Source: Candidatus Saccharimonadota bacterium
Lineage (GTDB): Bacteria > Patescibacteriota > Gracilibacteria > BD1-5 > UBA6164
Length of the DNA: 32,000 bases
Reading direction: 5' to 3'
Assembly (NCBI GenBank): GCA_965227835.1
Contig: OZ245768.1
Location: 1,050,001 to 1,082,000, forward strand
Position 1 is the stretch's first letter. Every line of letters starts with the position of its first letter. Of this stretch, positions 1 through 10,654 are shown piece by piece. Position numbers and translations under genes: made by a program. The notes beneath the pieces were generated by a model. The model was not told the origin of the DNA and ran no database searches. It saw only the letters and a program-made list of their open reading frames with translations.

Positions 1-65
1 ACTGGCTTTTTTTATATTTTTCAATTTTCAAAATGGTTTAAATAAAATAAACTTTATAAAGATAA

Positions 66-689
66 CTAAAAATTAAAAACTATTTTTTCTATTTTCAAGT
101 TTCAAAGAACAGAGTATTTTTCTCAGTTTGTTTCTTTCTCATAATCAATATTTGAATATATAATTACTTCAATTATCTTTCATCAATTATATATATTTAA
201 TTGGAAATCTTTTAATATCATATCTTCAAATATTTCATCTCTGTTAAAGCTATATTCATAGATTTTATCTGGGCTTGTATTTAGCTCTCAAAGTTCAGAA
301 GAGCTTATTTTTCTATGGGCTAGTACTTTTTCTGAAATATTATCAATGTTGCCGTTTGGATCTACTTTTAAGGTATCTTTATCTATGAGAGCAAATATAT
401 ATCATCACTGTTCTGGTTCTCCTGGGTCTGTTTTTAAAATCAATATATCACTTCAATCTCACTCTAAGTTATCTTTTAAAATATCACTTAATAAATATTT
501 TTGCCTTAGAGTTCTTATTTTATACTCTACCTCATATAGAGATATAATCAATTTGGTTTTTTTATTTGTATATGATATTTCATCAAAAATACTTGCTAAG
601 TAATTCATCAAAAACAAAAGTACTATTGCACTTATAGTTATAGCTAATATGAGTTCTACGAGTGTAAAAGCTTTTTTAGATTTAATCAT
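66..689 (-). CDS. type IV pilin-like (pseudopilin) protein, 207 aa under code 25
   Basis: ATG at 689. N-terminus MIKSKKAFTLVELILAITISAIVLL is a prepilin-type cleavage/methylation motif followed by a hydrophobic helix. The frame stays open through about 9 in-frame TGA to TAG at 66-68. Length is divisible by 3. Confidence 0.7.
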
Positions 690-764
690 ATTTTTGATTT
701 TTTATTATCATTTTTTATAATTATTATAATAAAAATAGGGTTAATTTAAAAATTTATTTCGTGG

Positions 765-1199
765 ATGATGAATTCAATAAAAAAAGCAGAATCTCTAGCT
801 TGAATAATTATAGGGGTTTTTATTTTGTCTTTTGTTTTATTGGGTATTTGAGCTCTTGTTTGAAGTTCTAGGGATATAATTGATAATTTTGATAAAAAAA
901 TAGATTTAGATCTCTTAATTTATAGTTCTAATTCTGTAGTTGGTAGTATGGATCTTTCAAATTTATCTGATGGTGATGAGTTTTATTTACACAGAGACAC
1001 TGTTAATTGAAATTTTGATATCTATACATGATCAAATAATTCAAACTATCAGTATATAGATAGGCATTGATATAAAGTAGATGATATAAATAGTTTTGAA
1101 GGAGATATATATAGTAGGATTTTTAATGCTACAAAGGTTGAACATAATGGTGAAGAGAAAATGTCTATAAAAACTGTAATAGATAGAATATCAAAATAA
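765..1199 (+). CDS. hypothetical protein with an N-terminal hydrophobic, pilin-like anchor, 144 aa
   Basis: ATG 765, TAA 1197-1199, several in-frame TGA. N-terminus MMNSIKKAESLAGIIIGVFILSFVLLGIGALV. Divergent from the pilin-like gene at 66-689. No family recognised. Confidence 0.5.
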
Positions 1200-1414
1200 A
1201 TTTTTTGACTAAAAAATTAGGAAAAAAGGGATTATTTTTTATTTAAATAACTCTTTTCAGAGTGCTCAGCAAAATTACTTCGTTCAAAATAAAGGTAAAG
1301 GTTTTTTAGATAATTTTTTGTTTAGTTATTCTAAGACAAAAAATCTCGGTGAAAATTGGTAAAAAACTACTTTTTAATATATGCTAATTTTGGAAATCTT
1401 CTTTCAATATATAA

Positions 1415-1984
1415 TTAAGAAATTTCTACTAAAACAATGTTTTGTTCAGATTTTTTCTTTTTTAGTAAACTAATAAGGTTTTTTATTTCAGTATAAATAA
1501 ATTCCACAGACATATCTTTATTTAGATACAATATTTCTTCTCTTTTGGATAATTTTTTATCTAACATAATGGAAGATATTTTCAATTTATCTTTATTTTT
1601 TCATATAAATTGTTTAATTAAATATATCCCTTTGGGGCTAAATACTTGGCTTTTCTCTGATATATTAATAGTTTCTTCTGGATATGTTGGAAACTTAGAT
1701 GATATAAATTCTGGAATTAATCATAAAGGGGTGTCTAATTCTTCCATAGCATATTTTACTTGGTAATAAACTTCTGAATTAGTATTTAAATTATCGTTTG
1801 AGTTTTGAGATAATTTATCTCAAAATTCATCCAGATCACTACCAATTAAGATCTTTTCATAAGCATATAAAACTTCTTGTTTAGTACAGTTTGATTTTTC
1901 AATAAAGCTGTTTAGCTCTTGAAGTCAAGAAAAGTAATCTGCATCTGATACTGGTATATCTGTAAATCTTTTTAGTGTTTTCAT
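1415..1984 (-). CDS. hypothetical protein, 189 aa (orf189), immediately downstream of the AAA+ ATPase gene
   Basis: Checked codon by codon: ATG 1984-1982, TAA 1417-1415, 5 in-frame TGA, no TAA/TAG. Starts 10 nt after the AAA+ stop codon. No recognisable motif. Confidence 0.55.
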
Positions 1985-1993
1985 AATTTTTAA

Positions 1994-3433
1994 TTAGCTA
2001 GTAAATCAAATACTTTGTTGTTGGTTTTTTCAAGTAACTTGTGAAATCCAGTCTTTTGTAATTTTTATAGTTTTTTCTATATCCTGAGTTGGTATATTAA
2101 TGTTTTGGGCTATTTGTAATATTTCTTCATCTGTAAGAATATAATCACCTTCTAAAAATAACTCTTCTGTTTTCTTTTTTGAATATATTTGCTGTACAAA
2201 TTCAGCTATATGGCTTGCTGTCCCTTTTTTAAAAAGTAAAGTATCTTGTATAGATAACATTGCTTTTTCTGAGATTTTTAGACCTTTTTCTTGTAAGTGT
2301 ATTTTTAGTATACCTACTTTTTCTTCTTTGTTTGGTAAATAAAATTCAATTATATTATAAATTCTATTTGGTCTTATTAATCTTTCTGAGAGTTTTGAAG
2401 GGTCGTTTGCAGTAGCAATAACACTGACAGGCACAGATCCTATTCATTCAAAAAATACTGTCATAGCTTGAGCTATTTCATCATTTGTTCCATGAATTTT
2501 TTCGTTTATTATTGTGTCTATATCTTCTATAACCATTATTACAGGTACTCAGGTATTTTGATATATTTCATCAATCCTAGTTCTAAATCATCAAAATCAG
2601 TTTATAAGCATACTTTTGAAAGATTGCAAATCTATTGATATAACATTTGCATTTAGTTTAAAATTTTTACCCTTGTATAGGAAATCTCTATTTTTTAGTA
2701 TTTTTAGCAAAAATTGAGATTTTCAACTACCATATATTCAAGATAATAATACATTACTTGGTTTTATACCTAGTTTATTTCACTCTAAACTATGAGGGAT
2801 TATAAGCTTTTCCATCAAAGTAGAATACTGATGGGAGAAAAAAGATATATCATAATCTCTGTTACCTTCATAGGTTTTTTGATTGTATTTATAGTAAATA
2901 TTAAAATATAGTTGTTTTCTATCAATAAAGGTCTTAGTCTTAAGATAATGTGATATTTGAGATATTAAAAAAATATATATATCCTGTCAGAAATAATTTA
3001 GAGTTAGTCTAAGTCTTTTTTCCTTGGTTTCTGGGTTTTGAATTGAAATAAGGCTGTCTCATAAAAATCCAATTCAAGAGTTTTCAAAATGTCATCTATA
3101 TTCCAAGGTTCATTCAAGTGTCCTTATTGGATGGTTAAAATTTTTTGGTTTAGCTTTTGAATCCGAATTAAGATTTAGATCAAATCACTGCTTATTTAAA
3201 AACTTTAAAAGGTTTATAAAGTCCTCTTCATCTAAATCATTTTTTAATTCCCATTCCAATATATATTGATAAATACCTGTATTATTTGAATTATTTTCTT
3301 TAGATTCCTCCGAACTGTTTTCTTTACCTGACTTGTTTAATTTTTTTAATTTATGGATCTGTTGCGTTTTGATTTTAAAAAGAGTTTTAATTAAGAAATG
3401 TACTAAAATAGATGAAAGATTTATAAAATTCAT
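1994..3433 (-). CDS. classic-clade AAA+ ATPase with an uncharacterised ~215-aa N-terminal region, 479 aa
   Basis: ATG 3433-3431, TAA 1996-1994. Walker A LLSGIYGSGKSQFL (the Gly before Lys is TGA 2723-2725), Walker B VPVIMVIEDID, sensor-1 VIATAND, SERLIRPNRI. The two track ORFs 3185-3433 and 2030-2434 are in the same frame and are joined by TGA codons. Confidence 0.8.
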
Positions 3434-4541
3434 CTATTTTTTGTTAAATTATAGCCATTTTTATATATAATTTAGGATTTTAGACGCAATCCACCTAAGG
3501 AAACTAATCTAAACTATTGGGACTTCCTCTAAAACAACTAATCTTTTGAGATTAAAAGATATAGCTTCCATAAATGCAGTAAACTGATTTTTTACTACAG
3601 ACTTATACCTCACTCTATGATTCATTTTTGAAAATACCCTCTCATAAGGAGATCTAAGTTTAGAATAAAACTTATCTTTATCCTTGTTCTTATCTTTCAT
3701 ATTATTTTTCTTTATTGCACATAGATGTAATCACTTCTTTTTTGTTGATATTACAGCCGGTCAAATACAATATCACTTATCAGCATATACTGCTCATGAA
3801 CTTGGTAATACATGCTTCATTCACTTTGCATCTGTTACATTAGCTTGAGTTATAGCTATCTTGTTTATCATTCAAGATTGCATATCAACACTAGTATGTT
3901 TTTTATATCCATACCAAAATTTATTTTTTCATTTAGATCAAATTTTAGCTTCCTTATCATTAGCAACTTTTGGAAGAGTTTCATTATTCATTTTTTCATA
4001 TCATTCTTTTATTCATTTATCTCTTTCTTCCCATAAATTAGCTTTAGTAACTAAATGAGAAGCATCTACAAATGTAAACACTTCACTCATATACCCCTTA
4101 TTTGATAATTGATTTTTTAAATCTTCAAATATCTTTGATAGTTCATTTGTTCATATCTTTTTTCTTGCTCTTGAGAATATACTATAATCTGGAGTTTTAT
4201 CTGTTAATTTAAATCAGCAAAACCATTTACCAGCTAGATTTTCTGCAAGATATTTCTCTAACTCTCTATCTGATAAATCTTCCATAAACTGGATTAGTAA
4301 ACATAGAAATAATTTTTTTACTCAATATCATACATGAGTTTTTCATAGATCTATATTTTTTAGTATTTTATTTACTCAATCAAAGTTCCACAATTTCTTA
4401 AATTTACGATATTGATGATTTTCTGGAATTAGCTCGTTTAGGATAACAAAACTTATTTGATTTGATTCTCACATAGGTATTTTCTTAGAATATAATTACT
4501 ATCTAATTATATCTCTTTTTTCTCTTTTTAATAGTCAAAGT
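3434..4541 (-). mobile_element. IS5-family insertion sequence; ends not determined, so the interval is the maximal intergenic-bounded span
   Basis: Single DDE transposase gene between two intact unrelated genes. Only a weak AT-rich inverted match was seen (about 3463-3478 versus 4501-4514), so the boundaries are uncertain. Confidence 0.45.
3509..4474 (-). CDS. IS5/IS4-superfamily DDE transposase, 321 aa
   Basis: ATG 4474-4472, TAG 3511-3509. N-terminal InsH/DUF772-like LCLLIQFMEDLSDRELEKYLAENLAGKWFCGF..TPDYSIFSRARKKIG. DDE signatures VDASHL, AVYADKGY and RSPYERVFSKMN..RVRYKS. About 17 of about 20 Gly codons are TGA. Confidence 0.85.
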
Positions 4542-5543
4542 TTAATTTACAACAGGCTCTTTATTTGTTTCTGAAAAAATAATTTGATCAAAAATAGGCA
4601 TAGTTCATGAAAATTTTTGGACAATTTCTCCAGATATTACTCTGAAAAAATTTCTGTATATTTCTTTGAGTCTATCTAGACCAAAAAGTTTCATACCTGT
4701 TTCTAAATCTAAATCTAAAAGTATAGGATTAAAGTCAGAGATTCCTATTCTTTCAGTAGAAGATATTTTTTCAAGATATTCAAGTTGTTTTATGTTATCT
4801 GAAGATCATGCTTCTCAGTCTTTAATTATAGCTATTCCAGAATCATTACTTATTCATTTTTCAAACATAGATATTATTTCTTGGGGAGAGTTTCATAATT
4901 TTAGTAATTTTATAAATCTTTCTTGATATTCAGGTGCTAAACTGTTCAAAAAAGAATTATATATTCTTGCAATATTTTCATCAGAAATATCAGTGTAAGT
5001 ATCTATTATGTTGATAAGACTTTGATCTACAAAAGCACCATGAATATGATCAAATATATCATCATCTATAGAATTAATATTTAATATATCAGATATTAAT
5101 TCTTTTATTTCATCTTTACTGTATCATTTTTTCTTTAAATGATACAAAATAGCTTTTTTCTTGGAATAATGAGTAAGTGTATCAAAGTCTATGGATTCTA
5201 TATTAAACTCTTCTATAGAAAAGGAACTTTCTGATAGTCTAGATATATAATTAAAAATTTTGGAAATAAGTTCTTTATTTTTTGATTTATGAATAATATC
5301 TATGATTTTTCTCAATTTTTTTATCTGTTCAGAAGTACTTTCAATATCATCTAAGCAAAGTAGGTGATAATTATCTCATAAATCAAGAGAACTATATAAT
5401 TTGATAGGTGTTTGTCTTGAGTTTATAGGTTTTTCATCATCTAAATGTTTAGCATTACCATTTACTGCAATAAATTTTTGACCTAGGTCTTTAACAGAAG
5501 CACCATTTCAATTTTTAAAGGGTGTAGTTGTAGGGGTTTGCAT
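4542..5543 (-). CDS. hypothetical protein, 333 aa (orf333)
   Basis: ATG 5543-5541, TAA 4544-4542. Translated in full with TGA=Gly, with no internal TAA/TAG. Contains track ORF 5124-5315 in the same frame. No family recognised. Confidence 0.6.
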
Positions 5544-5620
5544 AAATAAAAATAATTCTTTTTTAAAATAAAATTAATTTTATTTAATGATAGCTTTGTG
5601 TCAAATTTTTTGTATAAGTA

Positions 5621-5666
5621 AAGTTGGGAAGTTAAAAGTTGAAAGTTGGAAAGTTGGAAGTTGAAA
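5621..5666. repeat. purine-rich degenerate tandem repeat, about 7 units of AAGTTGR
   Basis: aagttggg aagttaa aagttga aagttgga aagttgg aagttga aatt, directly abutting the palindrome at 5670-5693. Confidence 0.7.
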
Positions 5667-5669
5667 TTA

Positions 5670-5693
5670 GCAAGGGGTCAAGACCCCTTGTCT
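5670..5693. repeat. 24-nt palindromic element gcaaggggtcaagaccccttgtct (copy 1 of 2); possible terminator hairpin after hsdR
   Basis: Perfect 9-bp stem caaggggtc/gaccccttg with a 2-nt loop, 3 nt from the hsdR stop. An identical 24-mer is present at 26959-26982. Confidence 0.8.
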
Positions 5694-5695
5694 TT

Positions 5696-8600
5696 TTAAT
5701 TGTATGATTCTTTTTTTGATATATCAAAAAATCTCTCAAAAAAATTATTGAGTTTATCGATAACTGATTCTTTTTTTTGTGTTCTTGCATTGTCTTTTGA
5801 AAAACGGGAAATTGGTGGTAGGATTTCTGCTATTTGTGTTCATGTTTTTTGTATGTATCCATCTCTGAAAGCATTTTCTATGAAAGTATAGGTTTTTTCT
5901 TGATCAAGGTTTTCACTTTTGATGATTTTTTCTAGTTCTTCTCTTTTCTTTTCTTCTACAAATTTCATCCAATCTTCATCAACGGATGAATACATATCAA
6001 GTGACTCAATAAACTGATCTATCAGATCTTTTTTATTACGAAGCTCAATACTTGCATTGATTGCTTTGTTAATATCAATTAAAATTTCTTTATCTTTGGT
6101 ATTGTTTAGATGATATTTTTTTATGAGCTCAATAATATAATCAATATTAATTTCTATTTGTTTTATGAGTTCCATTTCAAAAACGAGATCATCGTTTATA
6201 TTTTCTTTTTCCCCTTTTTCTCATTTTCTAAATTGAGTATAAAGGTCTATGTATAAACCATGATAGTCTTGCAAATTTCTTTCCGTTAAAATTTGTTTGT
6301 CATGAAACTCATCAAATGTTTTTAAAATATTGAGAAGTTTTAAGACTCAACTATAGAGTTTCACGAATTCTTTTTGTTTGCTTTCTGAGATTATTGGTTC
6401 TCAGAGTGGGAATTGGTGTTTTAATTCGGATATTAATTTTTTGTATCATTTGATTTCTTTCTCTTCATCCATATATCCGTTGTAGTAATCTTCAAAATCT
6501 TTTAAAAGCACCATACCACTTGCATTTTTATCACCAAAAAGAGAAATAGCATCGTCTGTAGCTTTTTCTAGTTTTCTAAAACATATGACATTTCCAAAGG
6601 TTTTGATACTGTTTAGTATACGATTTGTTCTTGAAAAAGCTTGAATAAGTCCATGGTGTTTTAGGTTTTTGTCTACCCATAGGGTATTGAGAGTTTTTGC
6701 ATCAAATCAAGTTAAAAACATATTTACGACTATAAGTATGTCTATTTCTCTATCTTTTACCCTCTGACTGACATCTTTATAATAATTTTGAAATTTATCT
6801 GAGCTGGTATCATAAGATGTGCCAAACATTTCGTTGTAATCTCAAATTGCACTTTCTAAAAAGTCTCTGGATGTCTTGTCTAGGTTACTTGTGTCTTCTA
6901 GATTTTCAGATGTAGTACCATCTAATTCTTCTTCATTTGTAGCATAGCTAAATATGGTAGCTATTTTCAATTTTTTATCACTTGGAAGTCAATCCATTTG
7001 TTTTTTAAACTCTTCATAGTAGATCTTTGCCATTGAGATAGAAGAAACTGCAAATAGAGAGTTGAATCCTGCGAGTCTTTTTTCATCGAGTTTGTAAAAA
7101 CTGTTTCTTTTGGTTTTTTGATCAAAGTGTTCGAGGATGTATGCAACAATATTTGAAATTCTTTTGCTTGAAGATAGAGCTTTTTCTCTGTCAATATCTG
7201 TAATAGATTTGTCTTCTATATTTTCTTGTTTCTTAAATGTAGAGATATAGTCGAGTTTAAATGGTAGCACATTTTTATCAGCAATAGCATCAACAATAGT
7301 GTATGTGTGAAGTTTTTCTCAAAATGCTTGTTTTGTAGTTTTTAGGTCTAGGTGTTTTCAGGATGATGAGTTTATAGCAAATATGGGTGTTCAGGTAAAA
7401 CCAAAGAGATAGTACTTTTTAAATGCTTCGGTAATTGATTTATGCATATCACCAAATTGCGAGCGATGGCATTCATCAAATATCAATACGATTTCTCCAT
7501 CAAATATAGAGTGTCATTTGTTTTTTTTGATAAATGTATCGAGTTTTTGAATCGTTGTGATGATAATTTTTGCTTTTGGATTTTCTAATTGTTTTTGGAG
7601 CTTAGCCGTACTCGTATTACTATTCGCTGCTCATTTTTCAAATTTCTCATATTCTTTCATGGTTTGATAATCCAAGTCTTTTCTATCAACTACGAATAAT
7701 ACTTTTTTTATATGTGGTAGTTTACTGGCTATTTGTGCTGTTTTGAAACTTGTAAGTGTTTTTCATGAACCTGTCGTATGCCATATATATCAGCCTGCTT
7801 CTATGCTCCCATATTTTTTATGGTTTGAGCTTGTTTGTATTTTTTCAATTATTTTTTCGGTGGCTATGATTTGGTATGGTCTCATCACTAAGAGTTGTCT
7901 TTGGGAGTCAAAGACACAGTATTTGGTCAGGGTTTTTAAGAGTGTGTTTTTAGCAAAAAATGTTTTGGTGAAATCAACTAGATCAGTAATTGGTTTGTTT
8001 GTATAATCAGCCCACCAGCTGGTAAACTCAAAACTGTTACTTGTTTTTTTTGATTTTACGGATTGTTTTTTTGTTTGTTCTTTTACATGTGAGTATCGAG
8101 TTGTATTGCTATAATATTTTGTGTGTGTTCCGTTTGAGATGACAAATAGTTGGATGTATTCAAAGAGTCCACTATCTGCCCAAAAGCTTTCTCTTGAATA
8201 TCTGTTTATTTGATTAAATGCTTCTCTTATGGCTACTCATCTTCTTTTGAGCTCTACATGTACTAGCGGGAATCCATTTACGAGTATTGTTACATCATAA
8301 CGGTTTGCTCTTGTTCATGTATCTGTTTTGTATTGGTTTATGACTTGTAGGTGGTTTTTGTGGATGTCTTTTTTATCTAGCAAGTAGATATTTTTAGTTT
8401 CTCAGTTATCACGAGTTAAGATTTTTATGTAGTCTTCTTGGATTGTGGCTGTTTTGTCTTCTATGTTTTGGTTTGGGTTTGATATTTCGGTTTTGAAAAA
8501 GGTGTTCCATTCATTGTCACTAAAAGTGTAGTTGTTGAGTTTTTCTAGGTTGTTTTTTAGGTTTTTTACCAAATCATCATTGTTACTAATATTTATATAT

Positions 8601-8752
8601 TGGTATTCTTGGGACTCTAGTTGTTTTATAAACTCTTTTTCAAGTTCATCTTCGCTTTGATAGTTTTCTGCTTTTTTTGCAGATGGTGTGTATTTTGATA
8701 ATATGGTTGGTTGAGTTTTTGGAGTGTTTGGGTTTATATTTTCGTTTGTCAT
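5696..8752 (-). CDS. hsdR: type I restriction enzyme R subunit, 1018 aa
   Basis: ATG 8752-8750, 14 nt after the hsdS stop. TAA 5698-5696. Motif I TTGSGKT (Gly = TGA 7763-7765), motif [13 protein letters not shown]-terminus [14 protein letters not shown]...[13 protein letters not shown] typical of HsdR. Track fragments 8402-8809, 6989-7270 and 5840-6175 share one frame. Confidence 0.95.
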
Positions 8753-8765
8753 GATGATGTATAAT

Positions 8766-10139
8766 TTAGTAATATTTATAAGCAATTGTATAGTTGGGGA
8801 GTCTGGCAATAATTCCGTATTTTACGGCTTTTTCTATTTTTTTTGATAGTCTATATCTTTTTGATTTTCCTTGGTATTTTAGTGGTACTCCCATTGGGAC
8901 AGTTGGAGCATTATTGTCGGGAGTGTAGTTTGAATTTTCTGAGTTTTTACTTTCAGGGGGATTGATATTTTTAAAACTCAAAAGCTTTTCTCTATAGTAC
9001 TCATATTGTTTTCTTCTGGCTTCTATTTCAGCTGGGAGACCTATGGATATATCGTTTACGAGGGCATCAAATGTATCAAGTATTTTTACTATCTCCTGCT
9101 GTCTTTCTAAATCAGGTTTTCAGTTTTTGTATGGGATAGGCATAGTAAAACTCGAATACTGCTTAGCATTAATGTTTGGTTGTGATCATGTACTCTTATT
9201 TTTTTCTACAAATGTATTATAATAAGTAGTCTTAGTATAGTGATATACAAAACTAGATAATACTTGAGTGTTATCTGCAATGAAACGAATCAAATAACCA
9301 GCGAATATTGATTTTCAATAACTGCTAACATACCTGCATGTTTTTCATACGGTAGCACCACTACGGGCAAATAGTATATCTCATTGGTTTAAAAGATATT
9401 TATCTTCATAATAGCTAGGTGATTTTCCTTTATTATTCAACAATCCATCATCTGATATATCTGTTATTCTAACATACCTAACATCCCCATCAAATTCTAC
9501 TGCAGATGCTCAAGATCAATACTCTAGAGGTTTCACAGTAAGACTTCACAATTCCTTCCACTCAACCTCCTCATCTTCAAAACTCAACAACTCATCCCTA
9601 TAATACTCATACTGCTTCTTCCTCGCTTCTAGCTCCGCTTCTAGCTCCGCTTCTAGCTGGGTGAATGTATCAAGTATTTTGACTATTTCTTGTTGTACTG
9701 GAAGGGGTGGGATGGGGATTTGGATTTTTTCAACATCTTTTGTATAAACATGAGGAACCCCACCTCCCTTTTTGAGGTCGTGAATTTTATACTGAATACT
9801 CAAAAGAAAATGATAAATAAACTTGATAGATATATCACTTTTCGCTTTGATTGAGAATGCATCTGAAACATAAATTGGCTTATTCCAATACATCACAAAA
9901 CCAGCATAAGCACCAGAACCAGCAACCGTAATAGTTTCTCCGATTCTATTACTTTTATTATGGAAATAAGCAGGTTTTTGTCCTCAAGCAATAACAGGTA
10001 TTCCCCCAACAATAATATCTTTCTTTGTAATCGATTGACCTCTTTTTAGTTCACAAACCTCCCCAAACTCTTTAAACTCCACCCCATCTGGACACAGCTC
10101 TTCAATAAGTTTTTCAATACTTGTTTGATTGTTACTCAT
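8766..10139 (-). CDS. hsdS: type I restriction enzyme S (specificity) subunit, 457 aa, with an extra 68-aa C-terminal tail
   Basis: ATG 10139-10137, TAA 8768-8766. Two target-recognition halves, each followed by a conserved helix: [39 protein letters not shown] and [36 protein letters not shown]. 9 in-frame TGA. Confidence 0.9.
9624..9659. repeat. 12-bp tandem repeat x3 (cgcttctagctc) inside the hsdS central conserved region
   Basis: Units at 9624-9635, 9636-9647 and 9648-9659 (last base differs). Encodes (LEAE)x3 on the minus strand. Confidence 0.9.
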
Positions 10140-10159
10140 AGTTTTATTTTCTTATTTTT

Positions 10160-10636
10160 TTATGAACTTTTTTCTGTAAATCCTTCAAAGAATCCAAATA
10201 GCTTTTCACTACTACGAATATCTCGTATACGATCAAGAAGCTCTTTCCAATAATTCCTTCATCATATTCACTTCAATTTTTCATCATCCATCGTAAAACC
10301 TTTGATCATATATTTTTTGAGTCTTTGAGTTGCCCATTGACGGAAATGAGTTCATTGAAGAGAACGAACTCTATATCCTACGGATATTATAACATCGAGA
10401 TTATAATAATTTGTGAGTTTTTGCTGAAATTCGGAATTTCCGAATTTCTGTAATGTTTCACTTTCTAACAATTCTCATTCACTATAAATATTTTTTATAT
10501 GTTCATTTATTGTGGATTTTGCTTTACCAAAAAGAGCACTCATTTGATCTTGTGTTAGCCAGACTGTTTCGTTATCTAACTCCACCTGAAGTTTCAAATC
10601 TCAGTCATTTCATTTATATATAATTATTTCACTCAT
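10160..10636 (-). CDS. RhuM-family protein, N-terminal half only (158 aa; truncated relative to the roughly 330-aa family norm as I recall it)
   Basis: ATG 10636-10634, TAA 10162-10160. IIIYKGNDGDLKLQVELDNETVWLTQDQMSALFGK...YNLDVIISVGYRVRSLQGTHFRQWATQRLKKYMIKGFTMDDEKLKG..RIRDIRSSEK matches the RhuM N-terminal region. The ORF ends soon after DIRSSE. 7 of 13 Gly codons are TGA. Confidence 0.8.
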
Positions 10637-10654
10637 ACTCTTATTTTTAAAATA

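Noticed and set aside
1-13. The tail of an intrinsic terminator at the window start (actggc followed by a T-run).
   Set aside because: The 5' arm would lie outside the window, so it cannot be evaluated.
3434-4541. Terminal inverted repeats and target-site duplication of the IS5 element.
   Set aside because: Only a weak match (atataatt-ag) between about 3463-3478 and 4501-4514, in extremely AT-rich DNA. This is not distinguishable from chance, so the ends are left undefined.
8753-8809. Longer N-terminal extensions offered by the track: hsdR from 8809 (MPDSPT..), the BatD-like gene from 26916 (MTPCLTF..), the DciA-like ORF from 19725, and khpB from GTG 18119.
   Set aside because: The extensions overlap the upstream gene or repeat DNA, or start at non-ATG codons. 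The internal ATG gives the family-typical N-terminus (hsdR 8752, BatD-like 26820, DciA-like 19866). khpB 18119 remains a possible alternative start.
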